A DNA stretch of 64,000 nucleotides from the human T2T-CHM13v2.0 reference genome, Homo sapiens. Within the stretch, counting starts at the first letter, position 1; each line of letters begins with the position of its first letter. The position numbers and the translations under genes are program-made. The stretch lies in the NCBI RefSeq assembly GCF_009914755.1, contig NC_060944.1; one strand, written 5' to 3'. The notes beneath the pieces are model-generated. The model was not told the DNA's origin, did not search any database, and worked only from the letters and a program-made list of their open reading frames with translations. Shown piece after piece: positions 50,618 through 64,000 of this stretch.

Positions 50618-52298
50618 CAAATCTCTTTCTCTTAACACTTTCATACCTCAGTGGCTTCCAAACTCTGTGAATAGTGGAATCCCTTTTTCAAATGAAAGTT
50701 TACATAGAGCCCCAAATACAAAGAAGTTCAAGGAGAGTGGCCGTGGGAAGCAGATGAGGACTTACGAGTCTGCATGTATCCCAGCTCCTTTCTGCTGTCA
50801 CCCCCAAAACCCCTCATACATGTCCTGGATACTCCATGGAACATAGTTTTAGTGTCTCTGCACAAATATACAAAAGTAATCTCGGTGGAGGGAAAAAACA
50901 TTTTTTAAGTTAGTTTTACACTTTTTTTTCAAACTTATTTTTAAAAAATAGCAATGTGTCTTTCCCAAATTTAGTATCCATTAGGAAAGAAAGAGTCTAA
51001 ATTTTAAGTGTATATGTGAATTTCACAGGGAGTCAGACTTAATATTCTCAAAACCAACATCTCTGGGGAAAGCATAAGCCATGGTAAGAGGTATATTTGA
51101 GGATCCATAGATAGTTCATGATAGATAGTGATAATCATTCTTTCTATTTTGGACACTACGTTGTGTTAACCTTTATCCATGAGGTAAACGGGTGGATGGA
51201 AAAATCTATAGAGTCATTTAAGTTTGAAAAAGGAAAGAAACTTCAAGTTGCAGCTTCCCTATTTAGTATTAGTAGACAGGATAGGTAATTTTTTGAGTGT
51301 CAACTTGACTGAGTCATGGGATACCCAGATAACAGGTTAAGAATTATTTTCCACTGTGTCTGTGAAGTTATTTCCAGAAGAGACTGGCATTCAAATTGGT
51401 GGGCTGAGTAAAGCAGATTGCCCTCTCCAGTGTGGGTAGGCTTTATCTATTCCATTAAGGGCCTGAATGGAACAAAAAGGCAGAGGAAGATTGAACTCAC
51501 TCTCTCTCGGCCTGATTGCTTGAGATGGGACTTGGTCTTTCCCTGCCCTTAGCTCTCTGGTTCCCGGGCCTTCGGAATGGAACTGGAACCTACATCATTG
51601 GCTCTCTGGTTCTCAGGTCTATGAATGACCATCAGCTTTCCTGAGCCTCCAGCTATCAGACAGCAGATGTGAAACTTTCCAGCTCCATAATTGCATAAGT
51701 CAATATCATATATATATATATATAGTCATGTGCCACTTAATGACGTTTTGGTCAATGACAAACCGCATTTACAACAGTGGTCCCATAAGATTATAATGGA
51801 ACTGAAAAATTTCTATCATCTAATAACATCAGAGCTATTCTAACATCATAGCATAATGCATTACTCGTTTGTGATGATGCTGATGTAAACAAACATACTG
51901 AGCTGCCAGTCATACAAAAATCTAGCACATGCAATTATTTACAGTACATAATACTTGATTGTGATGATAAATGACTGTTATTAGTTTAGGTATTTATTAA
52001 ACTATACTTGTACTGTTATTTTAGAGTGTACTCCTTCTATTTATTATTTAAAAAGTTAACTATAAAACACCCTCAGGCATGTCCTTCAGGAGTTTCCAGA
52101 AGAAGGCATTATCATCATAAGAAATGACAACTCCGTGAGTATTATTGCCCCTGAAGACCTTCCAGCAGGACAAAATGAGGAGGTAAAAGACAGTGATATT
52201 GGTGATTCTGATCCTGTGTACGCCTAGGTTAATGTACAGATGTGTGTCGTTTTAACAAAGAGTCTAATAAATAAATAATTAATTAATCAATTAAAGCT

Positions 52299-52573
52299 CA
52301 CTTTGGGAGGCCGAGATGGGTGGATCACTTGAGGTCAGGAGTTCAAGACCAGCCTCGTCAACATGGTGAAAGTCTGTCTCCACTAAAAATACAAAATTAG
52401 CTGGGCGTGGTGGTGCACGCCTGTAGTCCCAGTTACTCAGAAGGCTGAAGCATGAGAATCATTTGAACCCAGGAGGCAGAAGTTACAGTGAGCCAAGATT
52501 GCACCACTGCACTCCAGCCTGGGTGACAGAGCAAGACTCTGTCTCAGAAAAAATAAATAAATAAGTAAATAAA
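52299..52573 (+). mobile_element. AluS, slightly 5'-truncated
   Basis: Starts at cactttgggaggcc; (AAAT)n tail; short TSD taaag(c/t)t. Confidence 0.95.
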
Positions 52574-52886
52574 TAAAGTTTATTGAATAAGGATATAAAG
52601 AAGATATTTGTGTATAGTTGTACAATATCTTTGTGTTTTAAGCTAATGTTACAAAATACTCAAAAAGTTAAAAAAATTAAAAGTTTGAAAAGTAAAAAGT
52701 TACAGTAAGTTAAAGTTAATTTATTATTGAATAAAAATTTAACATATTTAATGTGTCCTAAAGTTTATAGCATATAGTAATGTCTTCGGATTTCTCATAC
52801 ACTCACCACTTATTCACTGACTTATCCAGAGCAACTTATAGTCCTGCAAGCTCCGTTCATGGTAAGTGCCCTACACAGGTGCACCA

Positions 52887-53195
<309 letters not shown>

Positions 53196-54229
53196 AGGTG
53201 CATCATTTTTTATCTTTTGTAGTATATCTTTTTATCTTTTCCTGAACTCTCTCGATGATTAGATATGTTTAGATATACACACACTTAGCATTGTGTTACA
53301 ATTGCCTACAGTATTCAGTACAGTAACAGGACGTACAGGTTTGTATCCCAGGAGCAACAGACTATGCCATATAGCCTAAGTGTGTAGTAGGCTGCACCAT
53401 GTAGGTTTGTGTAAGGGCACTCTATGGTGTTCACACAACAACAAAACTGCCTAATGATGCCTTTATCAGAATGTAGCAACATCATTAAATGACACATGAC
53501 TGTATAGGCATCCTATTTGTTCTGTTTCCCTACAGAACCCTAATACAGTAGATAAAACAAAGAAGGTCAGGAAAATTGGGGGATGAGTCAAAGTACAGGA
53601 ACTAGTTAGAGATACTAGAGGAGACTGATCAAATCAGACCACAAAGTTATCAGTTAAGACCCCTTCTGACTACGAGCCCCCAGATGTGGAGATGGAGTCT
53701 TAAATCCCCAGGAATCAGTGCAGGGCGGCTGCATTTCTTGAAAGATCAGTATTCCTAACTTGATTCATGCAGAACTCACATAAGATTAACTCTGACACAG
53801 TGCAGCTGTTGTGTTTTGTTTTCTCTCTCAAAGGGGTGCACGGTGTGGCAATCACTTTGTTCATATTTTTGAATTTCTTGTGAGTAAAATGAATTCAGGG
53901 CACTTCATTAACTTTCTTAGCAGAAGAAGTCAATATGGTTACCTGTAAGTAATTAGTCAACCTGGAGAACAGTTCACGGCTGATTGACCAGCAAGTGAAA
54001 GATTTAACATAATGGGCAAAAAGAGTACTAGGGCAGCAGTCCTGGGGGCCTGGGCTCAGATTTCACCTCTGTCACTCACTCTGTGTCTCAGTACAGATCC
54101 CAACCATATACCTCCACTGCTCTGAGCTTCAGTTTCCTCACCTACAAAATTCAAGGCTGGGAGAATAATATTTATGTCATGAGCTTATAAGGGTTTTTTG
54201 AGAAATAAATTTAAAATATATATAAAACT

Positions 54230-54588
<359 letters not shown>

Positions 54589-54804
54589 CTAGAACATACT
54601 AGGAGCTCAATAAATTATACCCATCATAACTAATTAAAAATAAAGAGTATTTTTCCCCCATTAACCAGTAGTGGGAATAAATGACAACTAAGAGTGAAGA
54701 AGAGATAAGACCAAGAAAGACCAAGTAAAATGAAGCAGCAAGCTAAGATCCTTTAAAGCAGGGCCCTCCTTGTCAAAAAGATGCCTCCCACATGACTTCA
54801 TGGC

Positions 54805-55310
54805 TGTAGTGGGCATGTGCCATGTATGTGACTACCCAGCTTGTTTGAAGTGGCCTTTCTATTTTTTGGATAATTTCTCCTCTTTTAAGTCTGCCACCCT
54901 TAGGTAGGAGCTATAATCATTTATTTGCTTGTAATTATGGCATGGACATGTGACCTCAACCCCATTCCATCACACATTCCCAACTTGGACTTGGAAGAGA
55001 AAGCAGTTGCCATGGGGAACCCATTCTCTGCTGAGGGTGAATAATTGTGGCAGAGAGAATGCCTGCTTCAGAGGAAACAGTAGCTGAGATAGCACCCCAC
55101 AGAGAGTAAAACCTGTAGGGTTGGTGCCTGATGGTGGCAGAACTTTGGTCTCTCTTAGGGCAGCCATTGGTGTCATTTGGCCATCATTCCGGACTGCATA
55201 GGCTCCATGTCTAATTCTCTTACATTCTATAATGCTACAAGCTATTTAGTATCTTGGCATAAGTGTATTTTATTATTTAACTGGTAGAGTGGATTCTGCT
55301 ATTTGAAACC
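54805..55310 (+). mobile_element. Old MaLR/ERVL LTR (MLT1-like)
   Basis: gggcatggacatgtgacctc; end gtagagtggattctgctatttgaaaccaagaatgc. Confidence 0.5.
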
Positions 55311-56469
55311 AAGAATGCCGCCAACTACTTGCACTCAAGACCACCATTGCATCGCAGCCCAGAAAGGAGTGCTCAGTAAATATTTGGCCAGTCAATGAGA
55401 GTTCATAAAAATGAATTACTGAAAACAAAGAAAGAGTTTAATAGGTTCAGAAAACTGGGACTTAAAAGTTATGATACATTATAAAAAGTTTTCCATTTTG
55501 GAAAATGGTTAATGCAAAAATTTAGGAGAGGTCATGAAAGACTTTGTGCTTTCCGTTTTACATGCATTATGTCTTCAAATCAACTTCAGTTATCTAGAAC
55601 TTGATGACTCAAGTACCACCAACTTGTTGCTTTTAGTCACAACACAGGCACCAGGTGCTATTGTCATAGACAGGAGGGGACTAGCAACCATCTGTAGTCT
55701 ATACTCTAACCCAGAAGATAAAGATGTAAACAGTGTGAGGGTGGGAAAGAATTTTCTCATTGCCTATAAGCATATCAGAATGAAATAATTAATTTATTTC
55801 TGTCCCTTAATCATTATGGTTTAAAAATAACCAGTCATTAATGTCTTCATTATTTTTATTCAACAAATATTTATTTATTCTAGGACTACCAAGTACCTGA
55901 TACTATGCTAGAAATAATTAGAAATAATTAACAGTTAATAATATATCACCTGCTACTGGTTTGATTAAATTCAACTCAGAGTGTTCTCTCTGAAATTGCT
56001 TAACGGAAATCCAACTTGGGTGTTAACTAAAGTCTTCTAGCTCCTTAAGGCTTTGGTGAGATTGACTCAAATCTCTGTGCATGTTCTGGAAAGTTACAAA
56101 TCCTCACCCAACCAAAAAGAATTGTAAATTCTATTTCCCTCTGGCTTCTACTTTCAACCTTGTGTGAATTATACACTTTCCATTACATATTTTGGAACTT
56201 TTTTTTAACCAAAAGTGAAACTCATAGTTTTCCCCTGACTGCCACCTCCGCTACCAAAGAATCACATTTACATAAGACCTTTATATGTATAGCGATTTGG
56301 GGAGAGAGGGATGTTTATATTACAGCAATGCAAATAACTTTGAAATGAATATTTGCCATTTGAGCTTCAAAATCCTTCTATTCTCTTGCAATAAGGCTCA
56401 GCCAGCCCATCACCTCTATTTCTCTTTCCCTTCTTTTTGTCCCTGTGTCCTCTAATTCTCATATATTTC

Positions 56470-56740
56470 TATATAGCAAAATAGCTAAGATATCAGGCTT
56501 TGGAACCAGGCCTCTGGGGTATGGATTCCAGCTCTATCCATTACAATTCGTGTGCCCTTGGGCAAGGTACTTTAGACCTGTGGGCCACACTTTCCGTGTC
56601 TGTGAAATAGGAACCACCCTAGTTCACAAGTGATTTGTAAAGTGAGTTAACATATATAATGTTTTTTAAAGTGAGTTAATACACATATGTAGCCCCTAGC
56701 ACGTATGAGTGCATGCAAGCATTAGGACTTTCATTATTGT
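56470..56740 (+). mobile_element. MIR
   Basis: ggctttggaaccagg...tgcccttgggcaaggtactt...tctgtgaaatagg. Confidence 0.8.
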
Positions 56741-56924
56741 TAATATGGAGGGTTCAATTATCTTCTTTATTGGTGCTATCACATGGACTAACCCATCTCA
56801 CATTCTGGCCTGAAAAATGTTTGTAAATAATTTTTCTTCCCTAAGAGGAATTTTCTTTCCATTTGCTAAGGTACTATCTGTTACTGGCCTGTGTGTAAGG
56901 GCTCAATTAGTAGTCCACCCAAGT

Positions 56925-57125
56925 ACTTGGTTTCGAAAGCAGATGGCCTGAGTTGAAGCCTGGTACCACTCCTTACGACCTCCCTCTTGCCCCTTAAGCA
57001 ACTTATCACTCCTGATGCTTCAGTTTCTTCATCTATAAAAAGGGGAATGATAATATCACCTATTCCAAAGTATTGTTTTGAAGATTAAATAAGTTAATAC
57101 TTTGAGAAAGTAAACATTAGCTTGG
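56925..57125 (+). mobile_element. MIR
   Basis: cttcagtttcttcatctataaaaagggg...gaagattaaataagttaatac. Confidence 0.8.
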
Positions 57126-57409
57126 ACTGAGAAAGTAAAAATGTCTGGCCATTCATCAGGCTTGGATAACAGACAAAAGATGAAAACAGCTGCAAAGTTA
57201 ACAGCTAATGATATTTCTTGCAAGGACACACCACTCTTGTAAAGTGTCATAAAACCCTCTTCGTTGGGTGACATCTGCTTTCTTATTTAGTGAGAAACTT
57301 TGTTCTTCAAAGTCATAGACTATCAGAAATGTGATGTTGAAATCACATCAGTATGCATGAAACATCTCTCTCTTGGATTGCTTGGTTGCTTGGTTTGGGC
57401 TTCAGTTTT

Positions 57410-57660
57410 TTTAAACACACATTTATTATCCCACAGTTTCTGTAGGTCAGAAGTCTGGGTGGGCTCCCTTGGCTCTTCTGCTAAGGGTCTCATAATGGTA
57501 AAATCAGAGTATTGGCCAGGCTGCATTCTTTTCTGGAGGCTCTGGGGAAGAATGTTTCCAAGATCATTCAGGTTGTTGCCCAAATTCAGTTCCTTGCAGT
57601 TGTAGGACTAGGGTCCCATTTCCTTGCTGGCCGTGTGAGCCTACTGGTCTCTGTTCTTGG
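57410..57660 (-). mobile_element. MLT1 LTR fragment
   Basis: catttattatcccacagtttctgtaggtcagaagtctg...ttctggaggctctggggaagaat. Confidence 0.8.
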
Positions 57661-57739
57661 AGGTTTCCCACAAAAACATCCCCCTCTTACCTGGAAGATT
57701 TCAGCTATTTTAACATTAAAAAAAAAAAAAAAAAAAAGC

Positions 57740-58125
57740 AGCCCAGAGTTAACAACTCATGTGCAAACCTTCAAATAAGAGGTTTCTGGCTGCAATATTT
57801 TACATCTACCTTAACTTTGGTATCTCAAAGTAATTAACAGGACCTTAACAGGACCAACCCTGGGTCTACTTTGTGTCCAGACATAATGTTGATCCATTAA
57901 ATATGGCACTGCTTTGCTTTGAGCCCATCAGAATACTACTTTAGTTTAATCTTGCCTAAAACTCCACCTTTCTCCAAAATCCTGTAATAACTGCATTGGT
58001 TCCTTTATTTGGTAAGATGCCCCACACTTCCTCTGATGTGTGCTCTCCCTCATTGCAATGAATCAGCAACCCAACTTAGTGGGACTAGGAGCTTGTCCCT
58101 GGTGGTCTTAGACTGATTGAGCTGG
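57740..58125 (+). mobile_element. MER21-like LTR fragment
   Basis: tgtgtgctctccctcattgcaatgaatcagcaacccaactt...cctggtggtctt. Confidence 0.6.
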
Positions 58126-59419
58126 AAGAACTTAAATTGCTTTGAACAGAGACTGCCAAGTGGCAATACTCAATTTAATCTTCTCTATAACAACAAATAC
58201 AATGATAATAACTATTACTAGTAGTATAAACTCTGTGGGTAAATACAAATAAAAGGACAATGATGCTGTGCCAAGGATGGAAGCTGCAGATAAGGCAGTT
58301 GGAGAAAACAAACAAACCACCGTGTACTGTGTCTACAGAAATCCCTCAAACTGCAAAGATTTTCCCAAGGCAAATTTCCACTTCAGAAACCTCACTCGGT
58401 GTCATGTGACAATACCCTCGGTGCTGGTGGAAGAGGTTCGCTCCTTTGAAATGCTTTTTCAACATGCAACGTGGTTTTATGTTAACACTTCTGGACTATG
58501 AGCTGGAACAGTGAAGCCACAGTAAGACTTTAAAATGGATTTAAAATCGGCCCCAAGATTAAGTAGAAAGATAAATTAATCTTAGAACTGTCTCTCACCC
58601 TTTCTTACTGAAAATGTGATTTTAAAAATATTTTTAGTAATAATTATTGATAATCCTAGCATAATGTAAAAGGGCCTGGGCTTTGGGGGATATTTTAAAA
58701 ACATGCCAGAGGTTGCTCAGAGCATCCTCCCTCCCCATCTTTCTGGCCCATTTAGGTCGTATCTCTCTCATTTGGACAGTTAATCTTCAGTGTTTTCCAA
58801 ACACTCAGTTTACAAAGATTGGGTCAATGTCTCGCAACGTTTGGAATCTTAATAGACTCTTAATAAATATCTGTTTGAATAAATGAGTGGACTCTGATAT
58901 GTGCTTCAAATGGTATACCACCCCCTAGAAATGTAAGTATGAGAGAAAATGCTGACCTGGAAATTATAAAAGGCAACCAGAGAGTAGTGTAAAAGTCGTT
59001 CAGACATAAGTAGATAAGACTTGCCCTAGGGCCACAGAACAACAAAACGTTTCTTATTGTTTGTCTGGTTTTTGTTTTGTTTTGTTTTGTTTTTGCTGTT
59101 GTTGTTTGTTAACTCAGTGTAGACAGAGCAATTCAGCTCACTTTAATTGGCTAAGTCGATCACTCTGTTAGTTTTCAGGTCAACTATCCTGCCTTCCTTA
59201 ACTTTATGGGTATCTACCAGTAAATGCTTGATGGATGAATTTCCACAGTGTGTTCGGTTTGCTTTCAACCAAGCTCTATTCAGACTTATATGTATGTACA
59301 CTTCTAATATTCAATTTTTAATTTTCTTAAGCTAACAAATAACTATTATTCACAGCAAATACTTAAGCAAATATCTGATTCACCAGTATGCTATTTAGTC
59401 TTTTCTGTTGCTGTTTGAT

Positions 59420-60440
<1,021 letters not shown>

Positions 60441-60568
60441 TTCAAATGTGTACATAGAGATAGATGTAAAGAGATATAGTCACTGAGTGTTTGAAACACA
60501 GATCAAGAAAGACTAAAGAGGTAGACTGAGATTGACATAGGAACAAATCAAAAGGAAGGCAAGCCTAT

Positions 60569-61198
60569 GGAAGGAAACTGGAATATTTCACCCCCAAATA
60601 TACTTTTTTAGCATATTTCAAGATGGATACTCAGAAGGGCTGCAAACCACAGAAATATCTTGAAATGCTGTCTTTTTGGGGCGGAGTTTTGCATCTGGAA
60701 AGGGAATCTGCACTAACGAAGTGAACAGCAGATACAAACAGGTTTTCCCTGAGGCCCTCCTTGTCTCCTTGTCCCAACCTAGGAATGATTAGCTCACAGA
60801 AAAAAAGAGACTAAAAGTCTGAAACATTTAAGGGTCTGCCAGAGAAACTTCTACCACAGGCTCCCATCTATTCTTTCTGAGGGCAGCTCTGAGATTTGTC
60901 ATCTCCATAGCAAAGCAGCCATGGCTTCCTCCCTTACTCTCATCCCACCTCCCTCCCAAGAAACAATAAGTCTCTACTCTTGCTGTAACCTTCCAATGTA
61001 ACCTCCAAACTCAGCCATCTGGCTTTTCTTTGAATCTCATACTTTGTGTCTGGCCCCTGTGTCAATATGCACTTTAATATATTTGTGTTCCACTTTTTCC
61101 TATTAATCTGTCTATTGTTAATCTGTCAGTTTGTTTTGTAGACTCAATTTGTCAAGCCTGAAGAAAGAGAAGGAAAAAAATTTCTCCTCACCCCTACA
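60569..61198 (+). mobile_element. ERV1 solo LTR (MER39/MER34-like)
   Basis: gaatatttcacccccaaatatac near the start; ends cccctaca; loose 4-bp TSD ctat/ttat. Confidence 0.7.
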
Positions 61199-62930
61199 TT
61201 ATTTCAGGAATTAGGAAAGGTGGGCAAAGTAGTCAAGAGTTAAAAACTCAACAAAAACACCTCATCTGAAGCTTGACACTTAATTGATAGTCTTAAACAT
61301 GCCTGTCCAAGCAATAGAGTCATACACATGCTAATTCTTCATTTTCCCAGCACTCATTCAGCTGTCAAAGACTACAGGGGGATATCTGAATTAAAGATCA
61401 GAGAATAGAAAATTCCTTTATCTCTAACTCTCAATTCTTCCCTACTTTTAACATTATGACTTTTCAATAGATGCTGTGTCCCTAAGCACCTCTACTCTCT
61501 CCTTTTTGTTATGAATAATTCAAATAGCACAGAGCAAATCAATAACACTCTTTTAAACCTAAAGTTATCACTTTTTCAGCAGCATTCATTCATTTTCTTT
61601 TGTTTCCTCTAGGAGAAAGAAATGTTTGTTATGTATGCTTGATCGATGGGCAAACATTCCCAAACTATGAACACAAAGAGATTAAAGGCCTTAGTACAAA
61701 TCGGACTACACCCCCTGCAAAAAAAAGTATATAACTTACTAGGCCATTAGAGACACTCATTTTCACTAGTTCATTAGCATTAACCCTCTAAGACCAAAGG
61801 AACCTTAAGGTAGCACCAACTGGAAAATCTCCAGAGTGTGGGAAGTAGGCTTCTCACTGTAGCTACTATAGATTCCTTCCTCATCAAAGTGCCTTCTGTA
61901 TTCAGCAGATTGTAGAGAAAGGTATGAAAACATGCTGGACCTGATCAAAGGGTAAGACTTGTTTTACTAAAAAATAAATTCAGGCCATGAAATGTTAAGA
62001 TAGGCTCTAACAACAAAATAAACTATGTTTTACTCATGCATCCTATGTTTTTGTGGCAAACTCCTTTACACACTGAAAGACTTGAAGATACTCTCACCTC
62101 CGTAAAACACTATGCCTTAATTCTCAAGGAGAGAATTTTAGAGCTCTGGAAATTCCGGGTTCCTACTAGAGTTGATTTAAAAATTGTTACTGTCTATGAA
62201 CCACCTCCTCTGATCTTGCAACCCCAGAAAAAAGCATTGCAATAGCAACAACAACAGCAACAGAATCTCCCTTCTTTCATTTCTCAGTCCCATTCCATTT
62301 TGTTATCGCCTGAATTTCTAAAATACCAGCCAGGATCACCAGTGGAAAATACAAAGAATATTCAACATCTCTTTCTGGCACTCCAATTTCAAAGACAAGC
62401 CCTCGTTCGGTGTCACTGTTACTGATAAAACCACTTCAGCTCAGGGATGGAAGAATGCCTTGTTACTTCCTCTTCCTGAAACAAAGTAAACATGTTTCAT
62501 GGCAGATCGTTGGTAGTTGAAAAGATTTGCAAGCTACTTAATGATTACAAACCAGCTTTTATTCTTTCATAAGGTGGGCAGAATCTTCCACTGTAATTTT
62601 CAAACAAAAAACGAATACTAGTAATTTTAAAAGAAATTTCTCTCCATTTGATTCTTGATCAAACCATGATGTAACTATTCTCCATTAGAAAATTGATTCT
62701 GAATCCTTTTAAATTACCCCATGACTTATTCACAGCTATAATTGTGATTCCAAGAATACTCAACAACTTCTAAAGAATATTCCAATTAGTAGTAGTTGAA
62801 TTTTTTCTCAGAAGACAATGTCTTTTAAAATAATTTAGTGTGAGGTTAAGATATCAGGAGGTATGTTGTTATGCAAAATGTGTTTATCCTGAGACAGATG
62901 TCTAGAGGAGCCATCTAGAGCTTGTCTTGG

Positions 62931-63242
<312 letters not shown>

Positions 63243-63615
63243 TTGTCTTGTTTTTAAAGAGTTTGTGATGGGTGGGAGAGGTCCAGAGAAAGACCAAGGT
63301 TTGGGGGGTGGGAAGGAATGCAGAGTGACAAAAGAAAGGGAGAGGAAGCAAGGAGGAGAAAGAACAATGGAGAGAACGGAAAATAAAGTAGACTGCATTT
63401 CATCACAGCTCCTCCTGATTAATGAATATGATAAGAAACTGATAATTGTCCTTAAGGAAGCATACAATTTTCATTTCTTTAGCACATTTGAGATCTATTT
63501 CTTTGGAACTACACTAAACTCCAGAATATCAGTATAGATACATCAGTATCAGGAAAAGCTGCTGCACCCAAAAATGCTAACTAAATAATGATTTAATTTT
63601 AGAAAAAGAACTAGC

Positions 63616-63618
<3 letters not shown>

Positions 63619-63664
<46 letters not shown>
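63619..63664. repeat. (AC)23 microsatellite
   Basis: Counted directly. Confidence 0.98.
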
Positions 63665-63666
<2 letters not shown>

Positions 63667-63829
63667 CTACCAAAATAAACTAAGACCTCTCTTGATCCTC
63701 AACTCTCTTCTGTGTGGTCCATTGGCTGTAGGACATAATCGTTGTAAGAACAAGCTGCTGGATTTCAGGTACAACTGTTAAATGAGATAATACATCCACA
63801 ATTATCAGGAGCTGACAATGGGAAATTGA

Positions 63830-64000
63830 TATTATTGGCCATTGGTGGATTACTCCAGAAACAGACCTGAGATAAGAATTTAAAAGGGGTATTTAGCTTA
63901 TTGGGGCAATAAAGGAAACACCAGGAAGAGGAGTGGGGAAGAAGGACAGGGAGAACATCATCAATAAAGAATGTCTTGTCAAACCGGCTGTCACAGAGCA
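63830..64000 (-). mobile_element. Old ERVL-type LTR fragment (runs off the window)
   Basis: ccagaaacagacctgagataagaattt...tttattggg, resembling LTR16/33 3' ends in reverse. Confidence 0.5.

Noticed and set aside
55909-55930. 10-bp tandem repeats (also at ~11353 and ~17905)
   Set aside because: Ordinary slippage duplications

Overview
AT-rich primate (human-like) non-coding DNA, intronic or intergenic. Much of it is decayed transposable elements: several L1 fragments, ten Alu/FLAM copies, L2, MIR, solo LTRs (LTR12, THE1A, MLT1/MLT2, MER21- and MER39-like), and DNA transposon relics (MER20, MER44A, Tigger3). I found no protein-coding gene, RNA gene or CRISPR array. The supplied ORFs are L1/Alu/LTR remnants, microsatellite read-through or chance frames, and I could not identify the locus. 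Family and subfamily names come from my memory of consensus sequences and need RepeatMasker/Dfam confirmation. I cannot support a new biological system. The best observations are: (1) a recent complex templated insertion at ~9.08-9.33 kb holding a 122-bp inverted copy (1 mismatch) of 10081-10202; (2) a possible ancient class III ERV remnant with pol-end and env-like frames on the minus strand at ~11.8-13.75 kb; (3) plus-strand exon-like segments at 20.4-21.2 kb, one directly behind a (GT)21 tract, resembling a TDP-43 cryptic exon; (4) an old ~170-bp spaced duplication with a 40-bp identical TAAT-rich core at 23.3-24.1 kb; (5) an L1 at 50.0-50.6 kb whose poly(A) tract faces the wrong way; (6) a three-level nest MLT2>Tigger3>two inverted Alus.
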